A stretch of 61,275 nucleotides of DNA, filler included, from Asterionella formosa (taxonomy: Eukaryota), in assembly GCA_002256025.1 (NCBI GenBank). It is 16 parts of 16 records of this genome, joined end to end, with 100 filler letters (N's around TTAATTAATTAA, not from the genome) between each part and the next. Parts side by side here need not be neighbours in the genome. Positions count along the whole stretch, not along the records: positions 46,071 to 49,800 come from NKIB01013946.1; positions 49,901 to 53,628 come from NKIB01013947.1; positions 53,729 to 57,453 come from NKIB01013948.1; positions 57,554 to 61,275 come from NKIB01013949.1; 12 more parts are not named here. The stretch is one strand, 5' to 3'. Made by a program: the position numbers and the translations under genes. The notes under the pieces were generated by a model. That model saw only the letters and a program-made list of their open reading frames with translations. It ran no database searches and was not told where the DNA came from. How positions within the stretch are numbered: the stretch's first letter is position 1; every line of letters begins with the position of its first letter. Below are positions 48,072-60,100 of this stretch, one piece after another.

Positions 48072-48327
48072 CATTCCCGTCATCCCCTTTGTCTCAATAC
48101 CCGGTCGGAACATGACGTGGCTACTGTGAAACTATACCTATGACTACGTCAGCACTGTGAAACTGTAGATTTGCCCTACCAGCATTCCCGTCATCCCCTT
48201 GTTTCAATACCCGGTCGGAACATGACGTGACTACTGTGAAACTATACCTATTACTACATTGGTACTGTGAGACTGTAGGTTTGCCCTACCAGCATTCCCT
48301 TGTTCTTCCCCCTTTGTTTCAATACCC
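48072..48327. repeat. ~110-bp tandem repeat (about 2.3 copies)
   Basis: Units start near 48072, 48183 and 48293 (cattccc...), each with two actgtgaaact sub-repeats. Confidence 0.92.
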
Positions 48328-48329
48328 TC

Positions 48330-49535
48330 TCACATTCTTTGATGATGGAGAACGTTTACGAGATGTAAAATAATATTTTGATGCACCTATGATTGTGGAA
48401 TCTTCATATGCGCTGGAAATTAAAGCTGCTGAATATAACTACGTAAATATTGATACAATAATGGATAAACAGATACATTTGACAACAATACAACGATCAT
48501 GTTTACGAACTATATTGGTTAAATATCAAAGTCTATCCTCATAAACAGGTACATTTGGAATTATTATCAAATGCTATCCCTCGTCATCAACGAGCATATC
48601 CGGTTTCTCATATTCATTTAGAAGTTTTCAAAACCGAATTGCGACGGTTGTGCGATATTGGAGTCTTACAAAAATGTGGTGCTTCTGAATGGGCATCTCC
48701 CACCTTTATTATTCCAAAAAGGATGGAAGTGTCCAATGGGTATCAGATTTTCGTGAACTCAATAAAGTCATCAATCGCAATATATATCCGTTACCTTGAA
48801 TACAAACTATTCTCACTAAATGTGCTGGATATGTATTTTTCACCTAATTGGATGTTTCCATGCAATACTATACTTTTGCATTGGATGTGGAGAGTCAAAA
48901 CTTGTGGGTTATTTCAACTCCATTTGGTTTATATAAGTATTTACGTCTCCCTATGGGGGTGAAACAATCATCTGATATTGCACAAGAAGCTATGGAACAG
49001 ATCCTTAGTGATTTAGAAGATGTTGATATTTATATTGACGATGTGGGTTGTTTTTCAACGAATTTTTCGGATCACCTTCATTAATTGGACACTATTTTAC
49101 ATCGTTTACAGACAAATGGTTTTACAATTAATCCATTTAAGTGTGAATGGGCCATCCAAGAGACAGATTGGTTAGGCGATTGGTTAACTCCTAATGGACT
49201 GAAACCTTGGTCTAAAAAGGTCCGAGCATTGATTAATATGTCTTCACCTACCAATCTTAAATAAGTTCGATCACTTCTCGGTGCTGTTACTTACTATCAA
49301 GACATGTTTCCTAGACGATCTCATGTTCTTGGACCACTTACAGATTTAATTGGAACTAGTCCATTTGTCTGGTTACCTATCCATCAACAAGCTTTTGAAG
49401 AAATGAAAGCATTGTTAGTTGCAGATACACTCATGCGTTATCTTGACCATAATCTTCCTTTTCATATCTTTACTGATGCTTCTGATTATCAATTAGGGTC
49501 GGTCATTATGCAAATTGATCTCCCAGTTGCTTATT
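48330..49535 (+). mobile_element. Degenerate Ty3/gypsy reverse transcriptase and start of RNase H
   Basis: [33 protein letters not shown] at 49031, [10 protein letters not shown]; several stops and frameshifts. Confidence 0.93.
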
Positions 49536-49908
49536 CCTCCCAGTGATCGTTCGCCAGCTGCCAAGGCGCTCTTAGATCATCCAGCTGGTGATCAATCAGT
49601 AGCAACGCACACCATGGCTCTGCAACATGCTAATGATGATCTTATACCTAGCTGTTCGCCATGCTTACCTCATGACATGTCTATAACGGAAATTTCAGAT
49701 CTTCTCCCTGATGAGGCACATGGACTGATGTTAGAATATCTCCCTGATTTGGCTCGCTGCGAAATTATTGGTATTGAACCTTGCAGTGCCTTTGGACGAC
49801 NNNNNNNNNNNNNNNNNNNNNNNNNNNNNNNNNNNNNNNNNNNNTTAATTAATTAANNNNNNNNNNNNNNNNNNNNNNNNNNNNNNNNNNNNNNNNNNNN
49901 CAGCGACG

Positions 49909-51030
49909 ATGACCGATGGTTTGGACGTAGTTATCAAGGTCAACAATGATGATTGGACTCCACTCTACCTTTCCTGTATCGCAGGTGCTTCCACCTGTAT
50001 AGGGGCAGCGATTGTCTTTTGCCACCCCAAAGCGGCAGACAACTCAAGAATTGTTTCAGCCAACACAATGAGCTTCTCGCTAGCTCTAGCGGGATCTGTG
50101 ATGATGACTGTCTCTATCGTTTCGATTGGACCAGAATGCCTGAAAGATACAAACTTCGAAGACGAATTTCGACTGATGAATTTGAATTCCTTCGAGTTTC
50201 TGCAGAGGATCATTTCGTTTGGCTTTGGTGGGATTTTGTACTATGCTATTTCGTTGTCGTTTCCTGAACCAGATCAAGTGCTCGGCTTACATCAAGCCAT
50301 GATAGAGGAAGAAAGAGGAGTGTCAATGTCTAGATACGATATCGAAAACTCCAAAGCTGAAGCTGGTCAACAGATCCGTTTTCGCCGGCAATCTTCTGTT
50401 AGCGATCTCGATACGTCCAGTGACGAAGGTGTTACGGAACATTCAAGAGAGCTAACCACGGATGCTCTTGTCCCACACGGAGAATATTCTTCCAAAAAAA
50501 AGTCGTATTCTTGGAAAAGCTGGGGCGCGGGAACTGATCTCAAGAACATGGACCAACGGAGGGCTTGGCGTGTGGCTATGCTATTATTCGTTTCCTTGGT
50601 TTGCCACAACTTTCCGGAAGGTCTCGCTGTGGCAGCCTCTGCTATGGAGTCTACGAAGCTGGGCATAACAGTTACCATTGGTATAATGATTCATAACATT
50701 CCAGAAGGAATCGCTATCGCGGTCCCGTGTCTCGCTGCTAGGCCAGATATGCCAGGTCTAGCGTTTGCATTAGCAAGTCTGTCGGGCCTTGCAGAACCGC
50801 TGGGGGCTTTGGTGGCGCTGCTATGTCTTCAGAACGTTTCCAAATCGTCCAACAATATGTTCAGCATGGAGAACGTTTTGGCTTTTGTGGGTGGTGTTAT
50901 GATTACTGTGGCGCTCTACGAACTCTTTCCAGAAGCAAACAGGCATACTAGTAGTGGAAAGGCAGCCCTGATTGCAGGTACATTACTAGGTATCATTATT
51001 ATGGTGACGACAGAAATCTACCTGCCTTAA
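49909..51030 (+). CDS. zupT: ZIP-family (ZupT/GufA-like) divalent metal transporter
   Basis: HNFPEGLAV and IHNIPEGIAIAVP metal-binding motifs, SGLAEPLGA, ELFPEA, multiple hydrophobic segments. Confidence 0.95.
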   Translation: MTDGLDVVIKVNNDDWTPLYLSCIAGASTCIGAAIVFCHPKAADNSRIVSANTMSFSLALAGSVMMTVSIVSIGPECLKDTNFEDEFRLMNLNSFEFLQRIISFGFGGILYYAISLSFPEPDQVLGLHQAMIEEERGVSMSRYDIENSKAEAGQQIRFRRQSSVSDLDTSSDEGVTEHSRELTTDALVPHGEYSSKKKSYSWKSWGAGTDLKNMDQRRAWRVAMLLFVSLVCHNFPEGLAVAASAMESTKLGITVTIGIMIHNIPEGIAIAVPCLAARPDMPGLAFALASLSGLAEPLGALVALLCLQNVSKSSNNMFSMENVLAFVGGVMITVALYELFPEANRHTSSGKAALIAGTLLGIIIMVTTEIYLP

Positions 51031-51119
51031 AAGAATATAAAGCTATCAAAATATGAAAGGGTTGACAAGGAGTAACAAAAAGAATCTAGGAGTAAATTTT
51101 GCATCGCAGGCACCATTCG

Positions 51120-52190
51120 TTACAAAATTGTGGTGCCAAACAATTTGGCTCTATCGCTACAAATGCCAAGTGCGACATTCATTTCCTTGAGTTGCACATC
51201 ATTCCCAAAGAACTTGTTGGAAGATATACTCATCCAAGCCAGAGAATAAAAGGAGTGTAGTAGATCTGGGTACGCCCCAAGAATTTTTCCAAAGCCGCCA
51301 AGACGGTGCTGGCACGACAAGACATAATTTCGCAGCGCATCTTGATTCAGCAGGGATTCTGTTCCCAACAAAAATAGTGTACCTCCAATCCAATACGAAT
51401 AGCAAGTATCTTCTGCTTTGTTTGGTCTACCTTGCATACCTCCTACTTGTCGATGGACACACCAATGGATGAGTTGTGTCCTCCAGCCATCTTCGTCCAT
51501 CACTTGGTCCAGCTTTCCCATGAGCGCCAACGAGGCAGCTCCACAGAACGTAGACCCTCCATGGCCTTCCTGCCCTTCAATCAATGAAATGCCTCCATCA
51601 TATCCTCGGCATGACTTGACAAATTCTACAGCCTTATCGATGTCTAGAGCACTCCAATCGTTCAACATGTGCGAGATGGAGCAAGCGCAATAGAGAAAGC
51701 GCATGTCACACTCGCCTCCAATGGCAACACCATGGAACGACCCATTTTCTCGTTGCAGCTCCTTGAGACAGTCAATGATTGCCTGTTTGTCGACTCGGGA
51801 CAGATCATCGCCAAGCGTCGTGAGGGAACAAAGAGCTGTGTATGTCATTGCTATATGGCCGTAAGCGTACTCATGACCAGAAGGGTTGCCACTTCCGAGG
51901 TGCGTCCCTCCTTGGAAGCCTCCTCGCTGTGGATCATCTGATGTAACTTGAAGACTATAGATCCATTCAATTATGTTATCCTTGTCGATGTGAGACATGG
52001 CGCAGAGTTCGTCGTCTTCGATGACGCCCAGCACGTCCAATGCTTGAATCGCAAAGTGAACGAGCGTCAAGCGGTTTGTATCCAACGATGAATACGGGGT
52101 TGGCACGTTTCGAAGGTGGTAAGCGAAAAAGCGAATGTGGCGTTTCCGATCAAAGGCGGGTGAATCGTAGTCGTCGGTGGTCGTTGACAT
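51120..52190 (-). CDS. PGGT1B: Geranylgeranyltransferase type I beta subunit
   Basis: HIAMTYTAL, ECDMRFLYCA, EGHGGSTFC, QGRPNKAEDTCYSYW, PDLLHSFYSL. Confidence 0.93.
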   Translation of the reverse strand: MSTTTDDYDSPAFDRKRHIRFFAYHLRNVPTPYSSLDTNRLTLVHFAIQALDVLGVIEDDELCAMSHIDKDNIIEWIYSLQVTSDDPQRGGFQGGTHLGSGNPSGHEYAYGHIAMTYTALCSLTTLGDDLSRVDKQAIIDCLKELQRENGSFHGVAIGGECDMRFLYCACSISHMLNDWSALDIDKAVEFVKSCRGYDGGISLIEGQEGHGGSTFCGAASLALMGKLDQVMDEDGWRTQLIHWCVHRQVGGMQGRPNKAEDTCYSYWIGGTLFLLGTESLLNQDALRNYVLSCQHRLGGFGKILGAYPDLLHSFYSLAWMSISSNKFFGNDVQLKEMNVALGICSDRAKLFGTTIL

Positions 52191-52581
52191 GATGATGGGT
52201 CCAGACTTCCGGTAACTGATGCGGTGATGATGAGACTCTATTAAAAAGGGTATAGCGAATAATACAGCTGGCGGTCGAAATTATCATCATCGCATTCCTT
52301 TTGGGCTGTCTACAGAATGTTGAATTTTCAAAAGAGGAAATACCGGGAGCACCTGGTACCGGTAGTATACTGGGGTATTTGATAAAATTTTCTTCAAAAT
52401 CCTCTATAGAGATTTCCAGTAGCTGTACAAAAAAGCAAAACAGCAAAAATATTTTATGAACATTACAGGCGCTTTCTTAAACGTTTCATATGATAGGAAC
52501 AATTGATATGGTGTATTTGCTTTACTTGAATATTAGGAATGTAATAATGGATCTGTGTTAATCTAGCTGATCATCATTGAT

Positions 52582-53541
52582 CTAAAAGTATTTTGTACCA
52601 AACACTTGACGATCATGCTGTCGCTTTTGTTCACTTCTTGTGGTAATTTCAATTGTCCCATCTTCCAAAATGTTTGGACGATCCAATCGGTTAGCGTAAG
52701 GGGGTTCCAGGACAGACTTTTGTGCCTCGTTCAAGCCCTCGTAGATCTTGACAGGCCATCCACCTCCTTCATGTCCAAAGTAGGACCGTCCATAAACATT
52801 TGTGGCTGGACTGAACCTGTACAAACAAACCCGTCGTTGTCGATCCGAGGTCCATGCCATAGCTCCATGGACAGTACCTTCAGAAAACAAGACCACGTCA
52901 CCAGCTTTGGTGGTGGGCTGACGAATAAACTCCTGGTGTGCTTCACCATCCACCATGCCCTTTGGCATCTTGAAGTTAGACTTGTGAGAGCCAGGAACAA
53001 CACAGAAACCACCATCTCCAGCGTTGTGGTCTGCCAACATGAGGTTGCATCCCATCAAGGAGGATCGAATCATGTTGTGGTTGCAGGTGTAGGCAAGATG
53101 TGGATTGTACTCGCCGGACGTGCAGTCGATGGTGCCTCCATGCAGCTGAAAGCCTTCTGCTCCCTTCTCACTGGCAATGACAAAGGGTAAGTGGTCCATT
53201 CGGTATCCCTTACCAAGAATAGCATGGAAAAGTGGAACCAATCTCGGATGAGCTAGAATGGACTTGAAGGGCTTGGATTCCTCGCCCCATTCCAGCACGC
53301 CTCCCAGGTCCTTTCGTCCCGGACCAGTCCCAGCTAGCGAAGTACCAGCGACAGTGTTGCGGAGTGCCCCAGCTGTGCGTTCAATCATGTCAGCTGCATG
53401 TGAATCGATGGCATCGTTGCATGCTTTGACTTCGTCTGGAGTAAGCACACCGCGCACAACAAGGTAACCATTCAGATCAAATAGGTAGCGCTCATCTTCC
53501 GTCATTTCCGTGGGGTATGCACTGTTTGTGGTAGTCGACAT
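52582..53541 (-). CDS. Phytanoyl-CoA dioxygenase (PhyH)-like Fe/2-oxoglutarate oxygenase
   Basis: ERYLFDLNGYLVVRGVL, LHGG, GGFCVVPGSHK, KAGDVVLFSEGTVHG, RR. Confidence 0.9.
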   Translation of the reverse strand: MSTTTNSAYPTEMTEDERYLFDLNGYLVVRGVLTPDEVKACNDAIDSHAADMIERTAGALRNTVAGTSLAGTGPGRKDLGGVLEWGEESKPFKSILAHPRLVPLFHAILGKGYRMDHLPFVIASEKGAEGFQLHGGTIDCTSGEYNPHLAYTCNHNMIRSSLMGCNLMLADHNAGDGGFCVVPGSHKSNFKMPKGMVDGEAHQEFIRQPTTKAGDVVLFSEGTVHGAMAWTSDRQRRVCLYRFSPATNVYGRSYFGHEGGGWPVKIYEGLNEAQKSVLEPPYANRLDRPNILEDGTIEITTRSEQKRQHDRQVFGTKYF

Positions 53542-54169
53542 TTTGTGAGAGAACTGTTTCGTGATCACGCTGGCAATCGTGGAATGATAGCGATGGGCAT
53601 TGAATGCGAAGGCGCGTGTGCACGTGCGNNNNNNNNNNNNNNNNNNNNNNNNNNNNNNNNNNNNNNNNNNNNTTAATTAATTAANNNNNNNNNNNNNNNN
53701 NNNNNNNNNNNNNNNNNNNNNNNNNNNNTGTATTACTGACGAGAATACCTAGGGTGACGGAACATGTTTTGCGCACAAAACTACTCATCAAGTTTTCTTG
53801 AAGTCCATTTGTGATTGAGCGAAAAAATGCTTTGAGGTTTGAATATATTAGCTTCGGGTTGGACAACTGATATGGGCAAGGAAATCCTGTTGTTTATTCC
53901 ATGTAAGGGTAAGGCTATAACTTATTGTTGACACAAATACACAGCTTTGGGGTGGTTAGTTGTGTCATCTTGTGTGTCGTGCCAGGCAATCTTGTGTACC
54001 ATGTCGGCCATCTCAAGACCAAATAGTTGTTTTGTATTTCAAATATTAATACATCAGTATGGCTAAAATGGAAATCAAAAGAAAATTTCCCCCCTTTTCG
54101 AAGACAAATATACATTGTATATAAAATTATCAAGTAAATTTTATAGTATGCCGGCCTATATGATAACTT

Positions 54170-54705
54170 TCAACTAGGCGTTGCTCCAGTTCAGTGGACA
54201 AGCGCAATCTAAATTATGATCGAAAAAGATGTGGGAAACCCTCTCCTCACACAACAACTCCGTGTCAAGGCAGACATGAATTTGGCGTTTGGCCTTCTGT
54301 GGGGAAGATGGTTGGTATACCATGCTCTTGATCACAATTCTCTTGATAAATGAATTAGCTTTGACTGGATAGTACCCTCCCTTGTCTTAAGGTCACAGCC
54401 AAAACGATTTGGGATCCCAAAATTCGTGGCAAAATGCATGTTAGCAATAATTTAATGCCATGACCTGGCCCGCCTTTTATGTCCGCACTGCATGTGGTGT
54501 CTCTACCACAATATTCACCACTACTACCGCACTCCTTAGTATCCTTGGCGTCCTCCAGGGTAGCGGCGCGGCACCTTACATCTGGATGTGTCTTAGCAAT
54601 GTCCTGCTATAAGCCATCAGCTCCTTAACAGATGGTTTCTATGCATGTTGTCCCCGTGGCTTACTTATCTCTCAACGCCCAGGCAAAGCATTTGTGGATG
54701 ACACT
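54170..54705 (+). mobile_element. Non-LTR (LINE, Ambal-like) RT fragment
   Basis: Manual translation: IMIEKDVGNP...LRV.ADMNL...LLWG, GVLQGSGAAPYIW, AFVDDT; internal deletion and stops. Confidence 0.8.
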
Positions 54706-54945
54706 GCACAGATACAACTCCAGTCAGTCATGTGGAAACCGGAACAACTGGAGCAACAAAGAATGAAAAGGCGTGCACAGGTACAACTCCAGTCAATCAT
54801 GCGGAAACCGGAACAACTGGAGCAACACGGAATGAAAAGGCGGTCACAGGTACAACTCCAGTCGATGCGGAAACCGGAACAACGGCTGCAACAAGGAATC
54901 AAAAGGCAACAGGAAAAACTCCAAGAGCGGAAGCCGGGACAATGA
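54703..54945 (+). repeat. ~63-bp coding tandem repeat
   Basis: TGTTPV..ETGTTGAT.NEKA units. Confidence 0.85.
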
Positions 54946-56960
54946 CTGCAACATGGGCTGCAAAGAGAATCGAAAATGCTAAATCAAGAACAAAAAAGAC
55001 TGCAAGAATTATAGCAGGAACAAAGGAAAAGAACACACCAGGAACAGGAAAAGCAGGGTCATGTGACATAACTGATGAGAAATACAATGAAATTGCGTAT
55101 AACACAACAGGAACAGGAAAAAATAGATCATGTGACATGACTGATGAGAAATACAAGGAAGTTGTGTATATTATTGAAAACTGGGATAATCCAAAGATAC
55201 GGTAACAGCATCAAATTGGTTATTCACTTGTAAAAAAGTATACAGTGAGAACAAAGAAAGATGTGGAAGGCAATCTAATAAAAAGCCTCTATGTGCGTTA
55301 TCAAGAGGAGAGACAGTGTGAAAGAAGGAGATAATGTGGGGAGAAAGCTTCTTCGATGCAAGGAAATGTTTGATGCCATATATGATGCTCACTACAGTCT
55401 TGGTCACTTAAAATCATCTGTTACATGGAGAGAAGTTAGTTGTCATGTTTACAATATTACAATACAACATGTGAATGAATTTATCAGTGTGTGTCCTGTG
55501 GGTATTCATGTGCATCCTCAAATTCCGAAATCTAAGGGAGCCCGATGTCCTATACATTCTGGTGAATTTCGTTATCGCATGCAAATTGACTTAATTGATT
55601 ATTGTCCCAATGAACAAGCACCCGCAATGTTTATGGTCAGTTAATGAGGTGGATTATGGTTGTGAAGGATCACTTCACTGGCTTATGCTAATTAAGAGCT
55701 ATTCCAAACAAAAATGCAAAGTATGTCTGCTTTGAATTAAACTATGCATCTCTTTGGATTGATTGGATATCCGCATATCTTTCACACAGATAATGGTTCT
55801 GAGTTCACTGCTGAACAAGTTGTGGGTACGTTGAAAAGGTGGAATCAAACATTACTGACAGTCACTGGTAGGCCCCAAAAGCCCAGTGATCAGGGTTCAG
55901 TCGAAATCATCAACAGACTTGTGAAACGTGTATTGAACAGTGTACTTGCAAGTGAAGTTCAAAGGGAAAACTCTGTCCAAACTGGACCAAATACCTTGGA
56001 GAAGTTAATTCAATTCTGAATCGACAATGTGGTTGGGCCAAAAATGATGTTTCTGCATATGAAACCGTTTTTGGGATTGATTTTGATCCCATTATGCCAG
56101 ATACCAGAGACAGCAACAGCAGATGCACAACTATCCAAGAGCGCATGGATGTGGCAGCTAGCAGTAGATTCCGTGCTGTTGTGAAATCCATGTATGACTT
56201 GTCCTTTAATCCCAGTGACACCAATGACGCACTCTGTCTCCATGGAGTTGACATTGCCACAGGTTGGCAATGGCTGTGACTTTTCACAACATTTTTCTGA
56301 CATTTTGGAAGGACCTGATGTTAGCAACATTGTTCAAGCTCAATCAACAAATGATTATGAGAAAACCAGTGATTATGATATCAGCAGCAGCGATGATGAA
56401 AAACCTGAGAGAAAAGAGCAGTCTTTCCACGTCTACTGCCACAGTAAAGATGAATATCTGCATCACAACGAAAATCTGGGTAATCACTTATTTCAACAGC
56501 TACAGCAAGATTGTGGCACAGACAACTTGCTGCCGTCTTCTTCCATAGGCAACTCAGTCAAAGGCATAGACAACACGCTACAATCTTCTGCCAGTTGCAT
56601 CACAGAAGAAAAGAAGCCGGATGGGGATTGTATAAGTTATGAAATCATTTCAGTTCCTCCACAAACAAGAAAATGAAAAATGACAAGAAGAAGAAGAAAT
56701 GCCTTATCAGTTTAAGAAGCATTGGAATTAGGTGAAGGGTCAATTCATATTTGGTGAGGCCAAAAATTCAAAAGTTATATCCCACACTCAATTGCATTTC
56801 ATGTTGCTTTTCAGGATACTATTTAATCACAGTTTTCAATGAAGCATACTACTCTAAATGTGAGAATACCAATGCCTGGTATGAAACTGATTTTATACCA
56901 AGTTTTTCAGCACTGATTGCTCACTGGTTCCATTCAATTTGTTCATTGTCTATTACCGAT
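54705..56960 (+). mobile_element. Degenerate Ginger-like (gypsy-integrase-related) DNA transposon ORF
   Basis: HHCC-like AH...GH...CPV, RMQIDLID, VKDHFTG, PHIFHTDNGSEF, GRP.KPSDQGSVE..N. No RT or RNase H directly upstream. Several frameshifts. Confidence 0.75.
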
Positions 56961-57153
56961 GGAAAAAGTAGAATCCTCAACTCACCCATCACACATCGAA
57001 GCCTGGCTGGCTACCTATGAAGCTGGCCAGTACCGCCTTAACTATCAAATTAAACGTGACAAGCGCTGGCAGGGCACTATCACCCAGTACCTACCGGTAG
57101 TTCGCCGCAACCAAACCCGTCGCCCTTCCAAACAATCTGATCACCACACTTAA
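56960..57153 (+). mobile_element. Probable LINE ORF2 C-terminal fragment
   Basis: HIEAWLATYEAG...QGTITQYL resembles the extreme C-terminus of diatom LINEs; abrupt compositional switch near 56965. Confidence 0.4.
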
Positions 57154-57553
57154 ATTACGTGGGGCGGAGTAGTGCGACCCACTGACCTCCACACTACTAG
57201 CTGAGTTTATTAAAGCATACTCTCAATTTTTTTCACTATCAGTCCTAGATGTCTACACTGAATCATGACTCTGGATTAGTGTATATTGTTGCACTATCTT
57301 TACATGTCAGATCCATCGAGTTATTCAGTATCTACTTTAGTTGAGCTCATGGATTAGTTAACATTCCTATGGTTCTGGATAATTATAGCTATTTTTAAGT
57401 GGCAAAAAGCAAGACTTTGGGGAGCATAATTGTTTAAAAGCAAATAGCTTATTNNNNNNNNNNNNNNNNNNNNNNNNNNNNNNNNNNNNNNNNNNNNTTA
57501 ATTAATTAANNNNNNNNNNNNNNNNNNNNNNNNNNNNNNNNNNNNNNNNNNNN

Positions 57554-57719
57554 CCGATTCTGAATGGGCATACTTGCCATCGAGTCCCAGAGCCTTTTGG
57601 GCGGCCAGCTTTTCTTCTTCTTCTTCTTGCGAGTGATCGTTGACGAGAGAGGCAGTTTTCTTGTCCCATTCGGAGTAGTTAGTTCTCCCAGCAACGCCGC
57701 TTGGAATTGATGTTGTCAT
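57554..57719 (-). CDS. 5' fragment of a hypothetical protein
   Basis: MTTSIPSGVAGRTNYSEWDKK...EEEEEKLAAQKALGLDGKYA stays open to the contig edge. Confidence 0.65.
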
Positions 57720-59789
57720 GGTAACTTGTTGTGGATTGTTTATTGATTAAATTGTAATTGAATGATATGAGATAGGAAAAGTTATATGTAAACCGTATAT
57801 TTATACAGGTACCCGTATAAATTATACATGCATCAATCACACCAATCCTCATATACCGGTAAATTGCATCCTGCTTGAGAAATATGCTTGAGCACGAATG
57901 CGTGTTATTAACAGCGAACGAAATAAGACTGGATGAACAGTACGTACGTCAATACGTCAGAGCAGCTCACGTCAACTGAGTCGCAGAAGTGTTCCATATT
58001 CCCTCTCTGTGATGTCGTTCCTTCATCTATCATAGGACCAAGTAGTCACAACATGATCAGCAACTGTCCTGGGTTCACCTTGTAACTTTTGCGAACCCTT
58101 CTGAATGTAGAACAAATATGCATTGTCTAGTTCCATGAGACAACAATGCATGTGACAGATGGTGTGTTGGTTCGATTACTCCTACTACCTGGCTGGTACT
58201 CAGAGTAGTATGTTTAAGCAAGTAAAATGCTGAATAGTGAACATGTGGATTGCTTAGCTAGGTATTCTTTGGTCAGCATCATTGGTGTGTCATATTGGCT
58301 ACTATCACCAAAGAGAACCAGCTAAAAATTATCAAGCATGCATTTCTGGACAAAAGATGATTCATTCTATAGATGCCTTTTGAAAAATAAAAAGCTCAAG
58401 TTTGAGGCATAGCTACCCTGATTTATTTCGAGCTGTCAAGCATCCATGTCAAAAACAGTCTCATCAGCCTCCCTTTTGAGGTTGTGAAGCAGGCAATCAA
58501 TAAGGCATTGATGTTGTTCTGGTATCAAATCCTGCCTTCTCTTGTGTCATTTTTTGTCAAAGGTCTCAGGGAAAAATGGGGGGGGGGTCAAGAACAAAAA
58601 TATGCGGCGTGCCCCTGTCCACATTGTTGATGAAATTACATGCGCAAGACTAACACATGGAAAGCTTCAATTCTTCGCTCCCTCCACACTTAATAAGTTC
58701 GATGCAATCGTTGATGCTGGAATTATCAGAAGTGTAAAAGCTCTTTCTTTTACTAATCACCAAATTTTGCGGTTAGGAGCAGAACATCATGCAGCAGATT
58801 TGGCCAAGTAATCACAAGATATTGATGGAATTAATTTTATGGCTACATCCTGGGGAAGCGTTATGAATGAAACGATTCGAAAAGCTTAAAAAAATGTGGT
58901 TTTGATAAATGATGTGATGAAGAATCTGTTTCAGAACCAAAATTGATATCGAAATGGAGGAGATGACGGAGAGGCTTGGAGAAGAATAAGCTCCCTTTAA
59001 CCTCAAGGGATGCATTGCTTGGTTCAAAAACAGAACTGAAAAAAAGATTTATTTGAGCAGGAGCTCCCATTGCTTGAATTTAATGACTCTGTTTAGAATA
59101 GGGATATTTCTAGTCTTCTTCAGCCTTCAATCAAAACATGTTTTCTTTCAAATGAGTATCAAAGTTCAATAAAAAAAGTAACATTTTCAACCTTCCTGCC
59201 TTATATTTTTACTGTAAGTACAACTTGTTGAATCTCTTTAGTAATTACACCCCCCTATAGGATACAAATAGGCATACTTATAGGAGCAAAACATGGTGTA
59301 TCTTATAGAAAGGTTCTAGACTACTGTAGACAGCATCTATACTGCAGAATAATAAGCAAAGGAGAGAGTAAGATCATTCCAGGGCATTAGTACTTGAGCA
59401 AGCAAGGAAGATACGCCCCTAATTTAACATACTACTTTAGTTCTATGAGTTTGATGAGAATAATACTCATGTTAATTCATCTATTATTGTTTATATACTA
59501 CTACCATATCTACACTTATTTATAACAGACAGGAAGTTCAATCCAAACACCTTTTCCCAATGGTCTTCAGAAAACTCGGATTAAAAACTTGTATAGAAGA
59601 TTGTAGGCTCGTGATGCGGCTATTATGCCTTAATCCTTTAATCTGGTGAGAATGGAGTCAACTTCCAAGAACTTTTCCACCAACTGTTCGACTTTATCCC
59701 ATCGGCACTGACATTCAGGGCAATCATAATCGCAGCATTGCACTAGATGCAATCCTCACATCTCAAGCAGCTCAGGTTAGACAATGCAC

Positions 59790-60100
59790 GACATGCGAAA
59801 GGATTCCCAGGATTGTTGGACACACTGAAATAAGGAATTATATGGTAAAACGGAGGAGGAACAATTGGCGAAAATGATGAAAGAAGTCGATGATAAGATC
59901 AGAGTACGATATGAAAAGCAAAGATCAAGGGAAAGTATGTACGGAGGATAAAAATCCTTTTTTCTTCTCCCCGTAGATGTACGAATCAGGCGCCACACAC
60001 TCCAACACAAACATCAATGGGTACAATCAGTAGATATGGCGGGCAACACATGGCACAGGACAAGAAAGCAAGGAGTCATTGACAGAGATCGGCTTCGCCT
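59790..60100 (+). mobile_element. LINE C-terminal remnant
   Basis: CWTH*NKELYG (W..RN..L.G motif with CGA>TGA)...VDDKIR...F.LPVD.RI...QWVQSV. Confidence 0.55.

Noticed and set aside
49540..49800. Possible Copia integrase-RT linker fragment
   Set aside because: Only a vague resemblance and too short to support.
49909..53541. ZIP, GGTase-I beta and PhyH as a functional cluster or bacterial contaminant
   Set aside because: Mixed orientations and unrelated functions; GGTase-I beta is eukaryotic; compact intronless genes are normal in diatoms.
58200..59100. Possible pseudogene on the + strand
   Set aside because: Many stops and no family motif recognised.
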